The translations under genes were made by a program, and so were the position numbers. From assembly GCA_963814545.1 (NCBI GenBank), contig CAWFDC010000010.1, positions 3,786 through 67,785 on the forward strand: a stretch of DNA of 64,000 nt, in the 5' to 3' direction. Below are positions 10,120-19,723 of the stretch, piece by piece. Each line of letters begins with the position of its first letter. The stretch's first letter is position 1. The notes below the pieces were generated by a model. It ran no database searches. It saw nothing but the letters and a program-made list of their open reading frames with translations, and was not told where the DNA came from. This DNA is from an uncultured Thermoleophilia bacterium. GTDB lineage: Bacteria > Actinomycetota > Thermoleophilia > UBA2241.

Positions 10120-13100
10120 CCGGTCGCCTTCTGGGCCTCCTGGACACCTTGGGGGTGCCCGTGCTCTCCGCCCAGAGCCTGGTGATCGACCTGGCCGACC
10201 CGCTCCGCGGCGAGGCGTTGATGACCCACGCAGGCCTCGGACCCCTGCTCGACTACCTGGCCGGACAGCCGGAGCGGATCCTCACGCCCCTGCCCAGCTT
10301 GGCCATCTTCCCCGGCGAGGACGGCGTCCGAAGGCCCCTGCGTGAGACGCCGGGGGGCCCCTCGACCGTCTGGCGCCCTCCCAGCGGGCCGCTCGGCCGC
10401 TGGCTGCGGTCCATGACCGGAGGCAAACCGCCGCTCCTGGAGACCGCCCTCGATGCCTCCCACGGCGATCTACTCGATCGGCTCGGCGTGCGGAAGAAGG
10501 GCTTGGATGATCTCCTCGATGCTCTTCAAGTAGGCTCCCTCGACCCAAGCGATGGGGATCTGGAAGCCCTGCACCTCGCCTTGGAGCAAGGCCGCGCCGA
10601 GCTGACCCCTCGCCAAGGGGCCCGGCTCACCGAGGCACCGATCTTCCCCACCACCGCGGGAGACCGTCGTCCGCTCCGCGGTCCGGAGCGGGCTCTCCAC
10701 ACCGACGACCCAGAGCTGCGCGCGCTTTTTCCGCAGGCGCCCTGGTTGCTGCCCGCGGTGGCCTCCCTCTCCTTCCTCGCCCAGCTCGGGGTCCCCCAGC
10801 TCGGCGCACGCGACGTGGTCGATGCCCTTACAAGAGACGCAAAACCTCCAGGCGGGCTCCCCACGCCTCCGGACCTGCGGCGGCTCTACGCCTACCTCGC
10901 CCGTCGAGCGCCAACGCTGGATTCCGCCCGACTCGACCGCCTGGCCAGTGTTCCGATTTGGCTGGACGCCGACGGAGCTCCGCGCCCCCTCCAAACCCTG
11001 CGCCTCCCCCCCACAGAACCGTCCCTTGTGGCGCTGTGGGCCGCCTGGCCAACGGCGGGCCTCATCGAGATCCACGCCGAGGAAGGCCTGTCCGCCGTCG
11101 CGCTCGCCGAGGCGCTTCACCTCGGCGGGGCGCTCCGACGCTCCGACTTCCCGGGCTTGGTCGAAGAGCTCCAGTCCTCGTCGCCCCCCGCCCTGGTCGA
11201 AGTGACCCTGCCGCCCCTGTGGCCACTCTTGGGGGACGCCCTGAACGCGGCCGCCCTATCCCTGCCAAGATCCGCTCTGGCGACCCTGAGCGACCTCCCG
11301 CTGTACCCGGCGACAGACGGCCGGAAGCTGCCTCTCGGGGACTGGGAGGCTCCTCCCTTCGACCCCACGCGCTGCGCACCGGCCGCGGGGCCCATCGCCG
11401 AAGCCCTGGCCCACGGTTCTCGGCCGCTCCTCCTCGAGGGCGACGCGCACCGGCTCGAGCCCTTCCTGCGAGCCCTGGGCGCTCGTCCTGCGGATCTGCC
11501 GGCCTTGGTGGAGGCCGTGGAGACCGATGCCGCGCTGCGCACCGCCGCGGCCTGCGAAGCCGTGCGTAGAGCCCTTTGGACGGAGCGCGAGATGCTCGCG
11601 CACGCCTTTCCCTCCCGAAGCGCCGAGGCGTCTGAGCGCGGGCATCCACGCTTGCGAGCCCTCCCCTTGTGGCCGAGCCAGGGAGGGCGGTTGCGCCCGA
11701 GCTCCGCCCTGGTGCGCCCCTCGGCCCTCGAAGAGGCCCTCGGAGGGTCGGGCCTCGGACACGCCCCGGGCGCACCTGACGACCTGCTCGACGAGGTGGC
11801 GGCCCCCGAAGCGCGAGATATGGAGGGGGTCTTCGGCTTCCGCAGCCCTGCCCTCCTCGTGGTGGAGCGGCTGCGCGCCGAGGCCCTGCCCGGCGCACCC
11901 CTCGCCGAACAGCCCGCGTTCCTTAGGCGCCCCGAGGGCCTGGGACCCCTCGTGGGGCTGCTCTGCGCCTCGCTGGGCCGGGAGGCCCTCTACTCCCTCC
12001 CCATCTCCATCGATGCCCGGGGCTGCCTGGTGTCGAGGCGGCTCCACCGCGCCACTCCTATGGAAATCGCCCTCGCCAAGGGGTTGCCCGTGGAGCTGGA
12101 GCTGGCCGATCCCCTCTGGGCGGAGCAGGCCTCGGCCGTGGACCCAGACCTCGCACCGCGCCTCACCCCTCGGCGCCTTCTGCTGGCACTGGCCGAGACT
12201 GCGCGCGACATGGTGTCCGTGGAGACCCATCCTCGCTTTGGTGATCCGCAGGCGAGAGCCCGCCTCTACGCCTGGATCCTCGAATCTCGCAACGTCATCG
12301 CCGAGGACGATCAGGCCAGGGGCCCCCTCGGCCAGGCCTGCCTCTTCGCCAACCAAAAGGGGCAGCTCGTCTCTCCTCGCCAACTCCTATACGACCCCGC
12401 GCTGCCCGAGGTGTTCGCTCCCGAGCGCCCCGCCGAGGAGCTGCCCGAGACGCTCCTCGCGTGGCTGCAAGAGACCTTTCCCCTGGACGATCGCCAGGTG
12501 GATCGTCTCGTGGACCACCTGGTGGCCCTCCACGAGGAAGCCGTGGCGGCACAACAAGGCGCCCGTTCCGCGGAGCTGCTGGACCTCATGGCGCGACTCC
12601 TTGGGCTCGCGGAAGAGGGCCCTCTCCCCGAGCTGCCCCGCCGACTCAAGCTCCACCGGCGGATCCGCGTCGAGACGACGGCGGGCTCCTGGGTGCGGCC
12701 CAGGCGCCTCCTGGCCCCGGATCCTGATCACGGAGCACTCGTGGAAGCATTCCTCACCGCGCCCCCGGAGCGGGCATCGGCGAGCTACCGACCCCAACGG
12801 TTGCGACGATTGCTCTCGGCCCTCGGCGCCGCGGACGACCTCCGGCCAGAGACGCTCCTCTCCCTCCTGGAGGGGGGCGTGGGCCTGCGGCCAGGCTTGG
12901 GGGCTGGGCTCGCCCTGGCGCGCTACCTGGCCCGCCGCGTGGCCGAGGAGCCGGGCCTCGCCAAGGCGCTGGGCCTGGGGGAGCGGTGTTTCATCCCCGA
13001 TGGCCATGGCGCCCTCCGACGCCCCGCAGAGCTGACCTGGCCGTCGGCCGAGGCCTGGGCCGTGCTGGGCGATCGTCCCGAGTGCTACCCCCACCCGGAG

Positions 13101-15860
13101 TTCTTCCTCACCGTCCCGGCTGCGCTGGCCCAGAGCTTGCCTTTCCGACCCTTGGAGGCCGCACTGCTGGGCGAGGTGCAACAGAGCCTCCAGAGAGCGT
13201 CCGAGCGCAACGAAGTGCCTCTCGCCGCACTCGCCTGGATCGAGTCGGGCCTGTCCGGCAGGCGCCTCTCGGCCCAGGACGTGCGAGAGGCCCTCGGGCC
13301 CCTGCCGTTCCTCAGGGACACCCAGGGCCGCCTCCGCAGGGGAGCCGATGTCTTCCGGGTGGAGGTGGCGAGCCTGTTTGGCGCCCGTCGAGGACACTGG
13401 CCCGAGGCGCAGCGGTTCCGCCGCCTCGCCGATGCCCTGGGCATCGCTCGCGAGCCCGGGCGGCGGGAACTCCTGCGCTTTCTCGCCGAGGTCACCCAGG
13501 ACGCGCTCGGGCAGGGACCAGAAGCCCTCGCCGAGGCCGAGCCGGAGCTCTTACGCTGCCTGCCGCGCTGCTTGGCGAGGCTCGCAGAGCTGGGCGACCC
13601 CCTGCCGCACCCCCTGGTGCTCGCCGTCATGGACTTCGCGCGGCCCGGGGAGGAGATCCTGACCCTCTGTCTCGACGACGATGACCGCCTCTGCCTGCCC
13701 GAGCCCCGGGAGTTGGCGGAGGCGGCCAGGGAGCGGGGCATCTCCCTGCGCGTGCCCCTGCTGAGGGATCAGGCCGCGGCCCTTCACGAGGCGCTGGGGC
13801 GCGCTGGCTGCCCGACCCTCGGGGAGCGCTTCACCCCAGACCCGCTTCCCAGTAAGCTTCCCCGTGAGCTCACCTCCACCCATGCGCTAGCCGTAGCCCG
13901 CCTGGAGCGCGGCCTCGCGACCCTCGCCCGACGGCGTCGGGATCTGCCGCACGCGCACCCCCAGGTGCCGCCGTCCCGCTGGCGCCAGAAGGAGCTGCCC
14001 AGCGAGATCCACGTGGTCTCACCCCTGGTGCTCCGGGGGTCTCTCGCCGGAGTGCACCTGGAGGTGGAGGTCGCTGTCGCGCTCGAGGGCAAGCGGCTGC
14101 TCGCCACCCCCACGGGCCTCGAGGATTTGGATCGCGTGGCCGAAGTGCTGACGAGGGAGCGGCTACTCCGCGGCTTCGCCGACCCCGCGGTGGTGGCGGG
14201 CGTCGCGGACCTCCTGGAAGTGGGCTGGGGCTCGACAGCGCCGAGCGCACCCGAACCCGGGCCTCACCGCTCCGAGCCCGCGCCTGCGCCGCGTCCCGCT
14301 CCCGCCGTAGACGCAGCCCCTGACACTCGGAAGAGGACCAAGACGCCAACTCGCCCCTCGACGCCTCCACCACCACCCGAACCACGACGGGCCCCTCCTC
14401 CCCAAACGGCCAGCGCCCGATCGGAGCCGCCGGCAGAAGAAGAAGGAAAGAGCCTGCTCGGCCGGTTTCGGCGGTGGCTCAAGGGTGATGACTCCGCCAG
14501 GGAGCCCCGGGACCCGGATCGCGCCGCCGCGCCGCCGCCCGGTGCCGCCGGACACGGCGCCAGACACGACGGGCAGGCTCGAGGCCCAGGACAGGCGCGG
14601 CCGGCCCGTGGCACAGACGATCCAGGGGCCGCGCCCCCCTCCCACGGCCGCTTCTTCACGCCGCGGGACTCGGTCACCACCCAGCTCGAGGGAGGCCCCA
14701 GCTGGCTGCGGGACCGGGATCGGCCTCCCGCCTATGGCTTCGCCTTCGCCCCAGGACGGGTGCCTCTGCCCTACCTCTATGCTCCCCTGGTTCTGGCCGA
14801 TTGCTTCGAGCCCCGCAGCCAGCGCTGGCTGCCCACGGCCCTTCCTGCGGGTCTCGACACCCCTTCCGAGCGCCGGGAGGGACTGCTCGCCCTCGAAGGC
14901 CGCATCCCAGCCGGAGAGCTCCAGCTCCCGCTGCCCCTGTACGGCCGCCTGGAGTCCCTAGAAGGGCCCGTGCGAATTCTCGAATCCCGCCCCGGCAGGC
15001 TCCTGTGCTCGGTCGCCGCGCCGACCGAAATTTCCCTGCGCGTGAGCCTCGGTGGCGCACCCCGCTTCGAAAGCCCCGGGGACGCGGCTCTGGCTACCTG
15101 GGCCAGCGCCCAGCTCCCCCCTCATCTCCTCGAGGCTACGGTGCCCGATGACGAGCTCCCCGAGCCCGTGCTCGCCTTCGCGGCTGCCCTGGCCACTTCC
15201 TCGGCGCCTCCCCTCACGCGAGCCCTCGGAGTGAGGTCCTTTGTCCAGCAGCATTACCGCTATGATCCCTCCTACCTCGAGGACCCAGAGCTCGCCCGCT
15301 GGCTCTCGAGCCTCGCACGTGGCAGGGCCAACGCTCACCTGGCGTTGCTCCACGCTGGCCGGGACGCCCGCCACCTGGGCGCCGGCGTGTGCTACGAGCT
15401 CGGAGTGCTCTGCTGCGAGCTGCTCAGACGTGTCGACGTGCCCGCGGCCGTGGCCACGGGATGGACCTTTGATCGCGGACGGGTGGATGAGCCCGATCAC
15501 CTGTGGGCCATGGCCCTGTTGCCCTCGGACCTGGGCCCTCGCTGGCTCCCCCTGGACGCCTCCACCACCCGAGAAGGCAGGCCCCTGCACGCCTCGGATC
15601 GCCCCGCCGGCCCCTGGCGCGCCAAGGCTCCCCGGGGAGCGGGAAAAGTCCCAGGAAATCCACGCTGGTCCGAGCCAGCCGCCGGGCCTGAAGTGGATAC
15701 GAGCCTACCCCTGCCCGACCTCCTCCGGGTGGCACGCCACGTCGAGCGGCTCACCGGCGCCTCAGGCCTGGACGAAGCCGCGTTGCGCCAGCGCTGCCGG
15801 GCCCTCCTGGACGACCCGGACAAGGCCCGTGCGCTGCTGGAGTTGCTTCGATCGAGGTAG
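10086..15860 (+). CDS. Very large (>=1900 aa) repeat-module protein with a C-terminal transglutaminase-like cysteine-protease core; 5' end not in this block
   Basis: Uninterrupted 1924-codon ORF with protein-like composition. It has at least 10 modules carrying L-x2-LG[VA] and [ILV]P[ILF][FWY]P-x2-G-x2-RP motifs. The Cys-His-Asp core is GAGVCYELG ... EPDHLWAMAL ... WLPLDAS. Its first ~12 codons are antisense to folC, so the real N-terminus is missing. Confidence 0.8.
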   Translation: MRCRIGSPPHPPGRLLGLLDTLGVPVLSAQSLVIDLADPLRGEALMTHAGLGPLLDYLAGQPERILTPLPSLAIFPGEDGVRRPLRETPGGPSTVWRPPSGPLGRWLRSMTGGKPPLLETALDASHGDLLDRLGVRKKGLDDLLDALQVGSLDPSDGDLEALHLALEQGRAELTPRQGARLTEAPIFPTTAGDRRPLRGPERALHTDDPELRALFPQAPWLLPAVASLSFLAQLGVPQLGARDVVDALTRDAKPPGGLPTPPDLRRLYAYLARRAPTLDSARLDRLASVPIWLDADGAPRPLQTLRLPPTEPSLVALWAAWPTAGLIEIHAEEGLSAVALAEALHLGGALRRSDFPGLVEELQSSSPPALVEVTLPPLWPLLGDALNAAALSLPRSALATLSDLPLYPATDGRKLPLGDWEAPPFDPTRCAPAAGPIAEALAHGSRPLLLEGDAHRLEPFLRALGARPADLPALVEAVETDAALRTAAACEAVRRALWTEREMLAHAFPSRSAEASERGHPRLRALPLWPSQGGRLRPSSALVRPSALEEALGGSGLGHAPGAPDDLLDEVAAPEARDMEGVFGFRSPALLVVERLRAEALPGAPLAEQPAFLRRPEGLGPLVGLLCASLGREALYSLPISIDARGCLVSRRLHRATPMEIALAKGLPVELELADPLWAEQASAVDPDLAPRLTPRRLLLALAETARDMVSVETHPRFGDPQARARLYAWILESRNVIAEDDQARGPLGQACLFANQKGQLVSPRQLLYDPALPEVFAPERPAEELPETLLAWLQETFPLDDRQVDRLVDHLVALHEEAVAAQQGARSAELLDLMARLLGLAEEGPLPELPRRLKLHRRIRVETTAGSWVRPRRLLAPDPDHGALVEAFLTAPPERASASYRPQRLRRLLSALGAADDLRPETLLSLLEGGVGLRPGLGAGLALARYLARRVAEEPGLAKALGLGERCFIPDGHGALRRPAELTWPSAEAWAVLGDRPECYPHPEFFLTVPAALAQSLPFRPLEAALLGEVQQSLQRASERNEVPLAALAWIESGLSGRRLSAQDVREALGPLPFLRDTQGRLRRGADVFRVEVASLFGARRGHWPEAQRFRRLADALGIAREPGRRELLRFLAEVTQDALGQGPEALAEAEPELLRCLPRCLARLAELGDPLPHPLVLAVMDFARPGEEILTLCLDDDDRLCLPEPRELAEAARERGISLRVPLLRDQAAALHEALGRAGCPTLGERFTPDPLPSKLPRELTSTHALAVARLERGLATLARRRRDLPHAHPQVPPSRWRQKELPSEIHVVSPLVLRGSLAGVHLEVEVAVALEGKRLLATPTGLEDLDRVAEVLTRERLLRGFADPAVVAGVADLLEVGWGSTAPSAPEPGPHRSEPAPAPRPAPAVDAAPDTRKRTKTPTRPSTPPPPPEPRRAPPPQTASARSEPPAEEEGKSLLGRFRRWLKGDDSAREPRDPDRAAAPPPGAAGHGARHDGQARGPGQARPARGTDDPGAAPPSHGRFFTPRDSVTTQLEGGPSWLRDRDRPPAYGFAFAPGRVPLPYLYAPLVLADCFEPRSQRWLPTALPAGLDTPSERREGLLALEGRIPAGELQLPLPLYGRLESLEGPVRILESRPGRLLCSVAAPTEISLRVSLGGAPRFESPGDAALATWASAQLPPHLLEATVPDDELPEPVLAFAAALATSSAPPLTRALGVRSFVQQHYRYDPSYLEDPELARWLSSLARGRANAHLALLHAGRDARHLGAGVCYELGVLCCELLRRVDVPAAVATGWTFDRGRVDEPDHLWAMALLPSDLGPRWLPLDASTTREGRPLHASDRPAGPWRAKAPRGAGKVPGNPRWSEPAAGPEVDTSLPLPDLLRVARHVERLTGASGLDEAALRQRCRALLDDPDKARALLELLRSR

Positions 15861-16265
15861 TCACCTCGGATCCCTCGCAGCGTCCGTGCCTCCAGGTTCC
15901 CCTGCCCCCGTGAGCACCGATCTGCCACAATTAGAGCATCACTGTGTTTTTCTTAAGATATATTCAGTGTAAAACATGTGAGCGGCGGCGATCCGAATCC
16001 AGGTTCTCCTCCAGACCGCCGCGTGGAGCGCCATGCGAAACCACTCATTCAGGTCGACCGAGAGAGGAAGGCTCCCCAATCCCCCGGGCAGCAAGGAACC
16101 AAGAAGACGATTTCGTTCTACTGCAGCCTTCTTCCAATGGAAATCCACCACATGAGGGAGGCGCAATGCCTGCATCCGGCCCTCCCTGAAGTTGCAGCCC
16201 TGGCTCGCGTGCCCACGTTCTAGCCTTCCGCCGCCACTTGGGCGGCGAACCATAGGCATGCTCCC

Positions 16266-18170
16266 ATGAAGGAAACCCACACCTCCCTACCCAAGCCGGA
16301 CCCCACCATGACACACAGGGTCCAAAATCGTCTCGGGCTCGAGAAGAGCCCCTACCTCCTGCAGCACCAGCATAACCCAGTGGACTGGTTCCCCTGGGGA
16401 GAGGAGGCCTTTGCGCGAGCCCGGGCCCTGGACAGGCCGATCTTCCTCTCCGTGGGCTACTCCACCTGTCATTGGTGCCACGTCATGGAGCGCGAGAGCT
16501 TCGAGGATGAGCTCTTGGCCTCCCGCTTGAACCAGGTGTTCGTGCCCATCAAAGTGGACCGCGAGGAGCGTCCGGACGTGGACGACTTGTACATGACCGT
16601 CTGTCACCTCCTGACCGGCAGCGGAGGCTGGCCACTCACCGTGCTGCTCACGCCCAACCTCGAGCCCTTCTTCGCCGGGACGTACTTCCCCAAGGAGTCC
16701 CAACTCGGTCGGATCGGCCTGGGGGAGCTCGTGGATCGCGTGGAGGCCCTGTGGAGGGATCGGAGGGAGGACGCGATCCAATCGGCCGAGCGCCTGCGGA
16801 CCGCCCTGATCGAGGAAAGCTCGCCGGCCTCCGGCGAGGCGCTGGGAGAGGACGTGCTCGACGCCGCCCGGGCGCAGCTCGGGCTAAGGTTCGACCCCCG
16901 CTCCGCCGGGTTCGGCACCGCACCCAAGTTCCCCACGCCCCACAACCTGATCTTCCTTCTACGCCAAGGTCACCGGACCGGAGACGCTGAGGCCATCCGC
17001 ATGGCGCGAGCCACCCTGGACGCCATGCGCCGAGGGGGCATCTTCGACCAGGTGGGCCTCGGCTTCCACCGCTACAGCACAGACTCGAAATGGCTGGTGC
17101 CCCACTTCGAGAAGATGCTCTACGACCAGGCCCTGCTCGCGTTCGCCTACCTCGAAGCAGCGGCGCTCACCCACGAACCCTCCTACGGCCGCACGGCCGA
17201 AGAGATCTTCACGTACGTGCTGAGGGATCTCCGCGGCGCCCACGGGGCCTTCCTCTGCGCCGAGGACGCAGACAGCGAGGGGGAGGAGGGGCGATTCTAC
17301 GTCTTCACCGCCGCCGATCTGCGAGAGGCCCTGCCCGACAGTCTCTTCCCCCTGGCCCAAGACGCCTGGGGCGTCACCGAGGCCGGGAACTTCTCTGGGG
17401 AGGCGAGTGGGCGACCGAGCGCCGCAAACATCCTTCACCTGCCCCACCCGCAGGAGGCCCTCGCCTCGCGGCACGGGCTGTCATCCGAGACCCTGGCCTC
17501 TCGCCTGGAGGAGGCGCGGGCGATCCTCTTGGCGACTCGCGAGCGCCGGGTGCGACCGTCGCGGGACGACAAGGTGCTCACCGATCTGAACGGCCTGATG
17601 ATCGCGGCCCTCGCCCGTGGCGCGCAGGTGCTTTCCAGGCCGGACCTCGCCCGGGTGGCCCGGGAGGCTGCCGACTTCCTCTGGTCCACCCTCCGCAGGC
17701 CCCGGGTCGAAGGCACCCGCCTGTGGCACCGCTACCGCGACGGCGAGGCCGGCATTGCCGGATACTTGGACGACTACGCCTTCACCATCTGGGGCCTGTT
17801 GGAGCTCCATGGCGCCACCCTCGACCCGGTCTTGCTGGGGCGCGCCCAGGCGCTGCAGGCCACGCTGGACCACCACCACTGGGACGCGGAAGCGGGGGGC
17901 TACTTCTTGGCCGCCGATGACGCCGAGGCCCTGATCCTGCGCCGAAAAACCGTGTACGACGGAGCCATCCCGTCGGGCAACAGCGTCTCCGCCCAGAACC
18001 TCCTCCGCTTAGGGCGCCTCACCGGAGACGCCCGGTACGAAGCCCACGCCGCCGCCTTGCTCCGGGCCTTTGCGGGCCAGGTCCGCGCCGCGCCCATGGG
18101 GCACTGCTTCCTGCTCCTCGGGCTTGCTCAGGCCACTGACGCGAGCCAGGATCGAGTTAGCCCCGGTTGA
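16266..18170 (+). CDS. Thioredoxin-domain protein of the DUF255/YyaL family (thioredoxin fold plus alpha/alpha-barrel, N-acylglucosamine 2-epimerase-like)
   Basis: [56 protein letters not shown] is the family hallmark. 634 aa. ATG 16308 is an alternative start. Confidence 0.85.
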   Translation: MKETHTSLPKPDPTMTHRVQNRLGLEKSPYLLQHQHNPVDWFPWGEEAFARARALDRPIFLSVGYSTCHWCHVMERESFEDELLASRLNQVFVPIKVDREERPDVDDLYMTVCHLLTGSGGWPLTVLLTPNLEPFFAGTYFPKESQLGRIGLGELVDRVEALWRDRREDAIQSAERLRTALIEESSPASGEALGEDVLDAARAQLGLRFDPRSAGFGTAPKFPTPHNLIFLLRQGHRTGDAEAIRMARATLDAMRRGGIFDQVGLGFHRYSTDSKWLVPHFEKMLYDQALLAFAYLEAAALTHEPSYGRTAEEIFTYVLRDLRGAHGAFLCAEDADSEGEEGRFYVFTAADLREALPDSLFPLAQDAWGVTEAGNFSGEASGRPSAANILHLPHPQEALASRHGLSSETLASRLEEARAILLATRERRVRPSRDDKVLTDLNGLMIAALARGAQVLSRPDLARVAREAADFLWSTLRRPRVEGTRLWHRYRDGEAGIAGYLDDYAFTIWGLLELHGATLDPVLLGRAQALQATLDHHHWDAEAGGYFLAADDAEALILRRKTVYDGAIPSGNSVSAQNLLRLGRLTGDARYEAHAAALLRAFAGQVRAAPMGHCFLLLGLAQATDASQDRVSPG

Positions 18171-18198
18171 CTTGGGCCCGAAGGGATCCTACTACTGA

Positions 18199-19020
18199 AT
18201 GCTCGGCCCAAGGACCCTGCTCGTGAACCCGGAACGTGTCTGCCCTCACTGTAGAAACCCGGTGCCGCTGCTGGCCACGGAGTGCCTGTTCTGCCGCAAA
18301 CCCCTCGGGGTGAATCCGCCCGCGGAGGAGCCCCGGTACCAGGTGATCCGATCCGGGCAACCCCCGGTCGATGCCGTACCCGAGGAGGTCCGCCGCCTGG
18401 ATGAGCAGAGCCGCGTCTACTACTGCAAGCTGGGCGGGCAGACCGTGGGACCCGTGACGGCGGCCGACATCCGGGACGCCTTCGGCAAGGGACAGATCGA
18501 TGGGCAAGCGTCGGTGGGCATCCAGGGACGCAAGGAGTGGTATCCCATCCGGGCGCTGCCGCAATTCAGCCAGCTCATCACCGGCGTCGGGCCAGTGCCT
18601 CAAACGCGGCCCCCGGCGATGCAGACGGGCGCGGCGGCTCCGCCTGCGCCCGCCCCCTGGCCAGCGCCCGGGCCCGCAGGGCCGGGCCCGAGGACCGACG
18701 CGGGCCGGGCCTCTTTGCCTCGGCCGACCCCACCACCCCGACCCGGCATCGAGGGCCCTGACTGGGGGAACGCGGTTGCGCCCATGGGTCTTGTCCCCTC
18801 GGCCGCCGCGCGCAACGACGAAACCTTGGTGGTGGCCCCCCTGCCCTCACCGGCCTTGCTGCAGATCGGCGCCAGCACGGGTCAGGTGGTGGATCCGCAG
18901 CTCGCCCTCTGGCAGAAGGAGGTCCGCTCCTGGCGCCGCCTGGCCTACCTCTTCGGCATCCTCGCGGGAGGGCTGCTGCTCCTGTGTGCCGCGCTCATTG
19001 GGCTGCTCACTAGCACCTAG
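18199..19020 (+). CDS. Zinc-ribbon / GYF_2 (DUF4339) domain protein with a C-terminal transmembrane helix
   Basis: CPHCRNPVPLLATECLFCRK ribbon; VYYCKLGGQTVGPVTAADIRDAFGKGQIDGQASVGIQGRKEWYPIRALPQF GYF-like segment; Pro-rich linker; hydrophobic tail LAYLFGILAGGLLLLCAALIGLL. Confidence 0.65.
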   Translation: MLGPRTLLVNPERVCPHCRNPVPLLATECLFCRKPLGVNPPAEEPRYQVIRSGQPPVDAVPEEVRRLDEQSRVYYCKLGGQTVGPVTAADIRDAFGKGQIDGQASVGIQGRKEWYPIRALPQFSQLITGVGPVPQTRPPAMQTGAAAPPAPAPWPAPGPAGPGPRTDAGRASLPRPTPPPRPGIEGPDWGNAVAPMGLVPSAAARNDETLVVAPLPSPALLQIGASTGQVVDPQLALWQKEVRSWRRLAYLFGILAGGLLLLCAALIGLLTST

Positions 19021-19075
19021 CGCCTCATTCTACGCGCCGGGGACCAATGGCCTGGGACAGCGTGCGGGGCCCCGC

Positions 19076-19561
19076 TCAGTCAGTGAGCGCCACGACGCGG
19101 AAACGTTCGCGCTCCTGGGCCACGAAGACGACGAGCCCACCGCGGGTGAAGCGACCGAAGCCCACGATCACCTCTCTTTCGGCAGGGAGCGTGAGCCGTG
19201 CGGGCGGCGGGCCGAAGAGGCTCCGCGCCTCGGCGAGTCGCATCACCACGATCTTGCGAAGGACGCGCCCCTCCCGCAGGGCCTTGCGCAGCTTCCCGAG
19301 GCGCGCCCGTACGGCCTCGTCGCCCTTTGCGAGCACCCCGTCGAAGTCCACAGATTGGGCGCAGAGCGGCAACGCGGTGCGGAGATCTCCCTCGGACACG
19401 GCCCGCAGGAAGGTCTGGGCCACCAGCACGCCAAGGGCGGGGATCTCGCCTGGGCGATCTGGGACGGCCCCGACAGGTGTGACCTGGCTCCAGAGCCACA
19501 GGGCCGCCACCCAGGCCATCCGTGGCGGTGACAAGACAGGCAGACACTGTGGACCGATCAT
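19076..19561 (-). CDS. Hypothetical secreted protein
   Basis: 161-aa ORF with a hydrophobic N-terminus (MAWVAALWLW) and non-shadow amino-acid composition. No motif recognised. Confidence 0.45.
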   Translation of the reverse strand: MIGPQCLPVLSPPRMAWVAALWLWSQVTPVGAVPDRPGEIPALGVLVAQTFLRAVSEGDLRTALPLCAQSVDFDGVLAKGDEAVRARLGKLRKALREGRVLRKIVVMRLAEARSLFGPPPARLTLPAEREVIVGFGRFTRGGLVVFVAQERERFRVVALTD

Positions 19562-19723
19562 GGCGCTCTCCTCGGTGGCCTCCCATCATAGCGCGGCAGA
19601 GGAGCCCCCACCATCCTTTGGAATCTCACGGTGGCCCCTCGCTCGACCCGGGGAGGACGCTCTCTCCGAGTACCGAGGGAACCGCCGGGAAAATTCCATT
19701 TGCGACCGGGAGCGGTCGAAGCC

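Noticed and set aside
10120-10128. The 9-mer ccggtcgcc occurs at join 2 (10120-10128) and next to join 4 (49561-49569). I considered it as a target-site duplication flanking blocks C+D.
   Set aside because: The genes cut on the outer sides (folC and rlmL) are different genes, so excision would not restore anything. A GC-only 9-mer is not surprising by chance in ~25 kb of 70% GC DNA.
10282-15928. Numerous 60-500-aa ORFs on both strands inside the giant gene, such as 11256..12383 (-), 11527..13035 (+) and 12387..13397 (-).
   Set aside because: They are embedded in one uninterrupted 1924-codon frame that has coherent repeats and a recognisable C-terminal domain. The alternatives are low-complexity Arg/Pro/Ser-rich.
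15982-16022. On the minus strand, ..cctggattcggatcgcc.. recalls the 5' CUGGAUUCGAC of tmRNA.
   Set aside because: There is no tRNA-like 3' end (GGUUCGAAUCC...CCA), no tag reading frame ending in a stop doublet, and no pseudoknot-like architecture that I could trace. I treat it as coincidence.
15939-16280. 113-aa minus-strand ORF covering the 15861-16265 gap, and 156-aa minus-strand ORF 31581..32051 in the low-GC island.
   Set aside because: Neither has a motif or an RBS, and the first would overlap the start of the DUF255 gene. For the second, the plus-strand ORF has more protein-like composition. I do not claim either as a gene.
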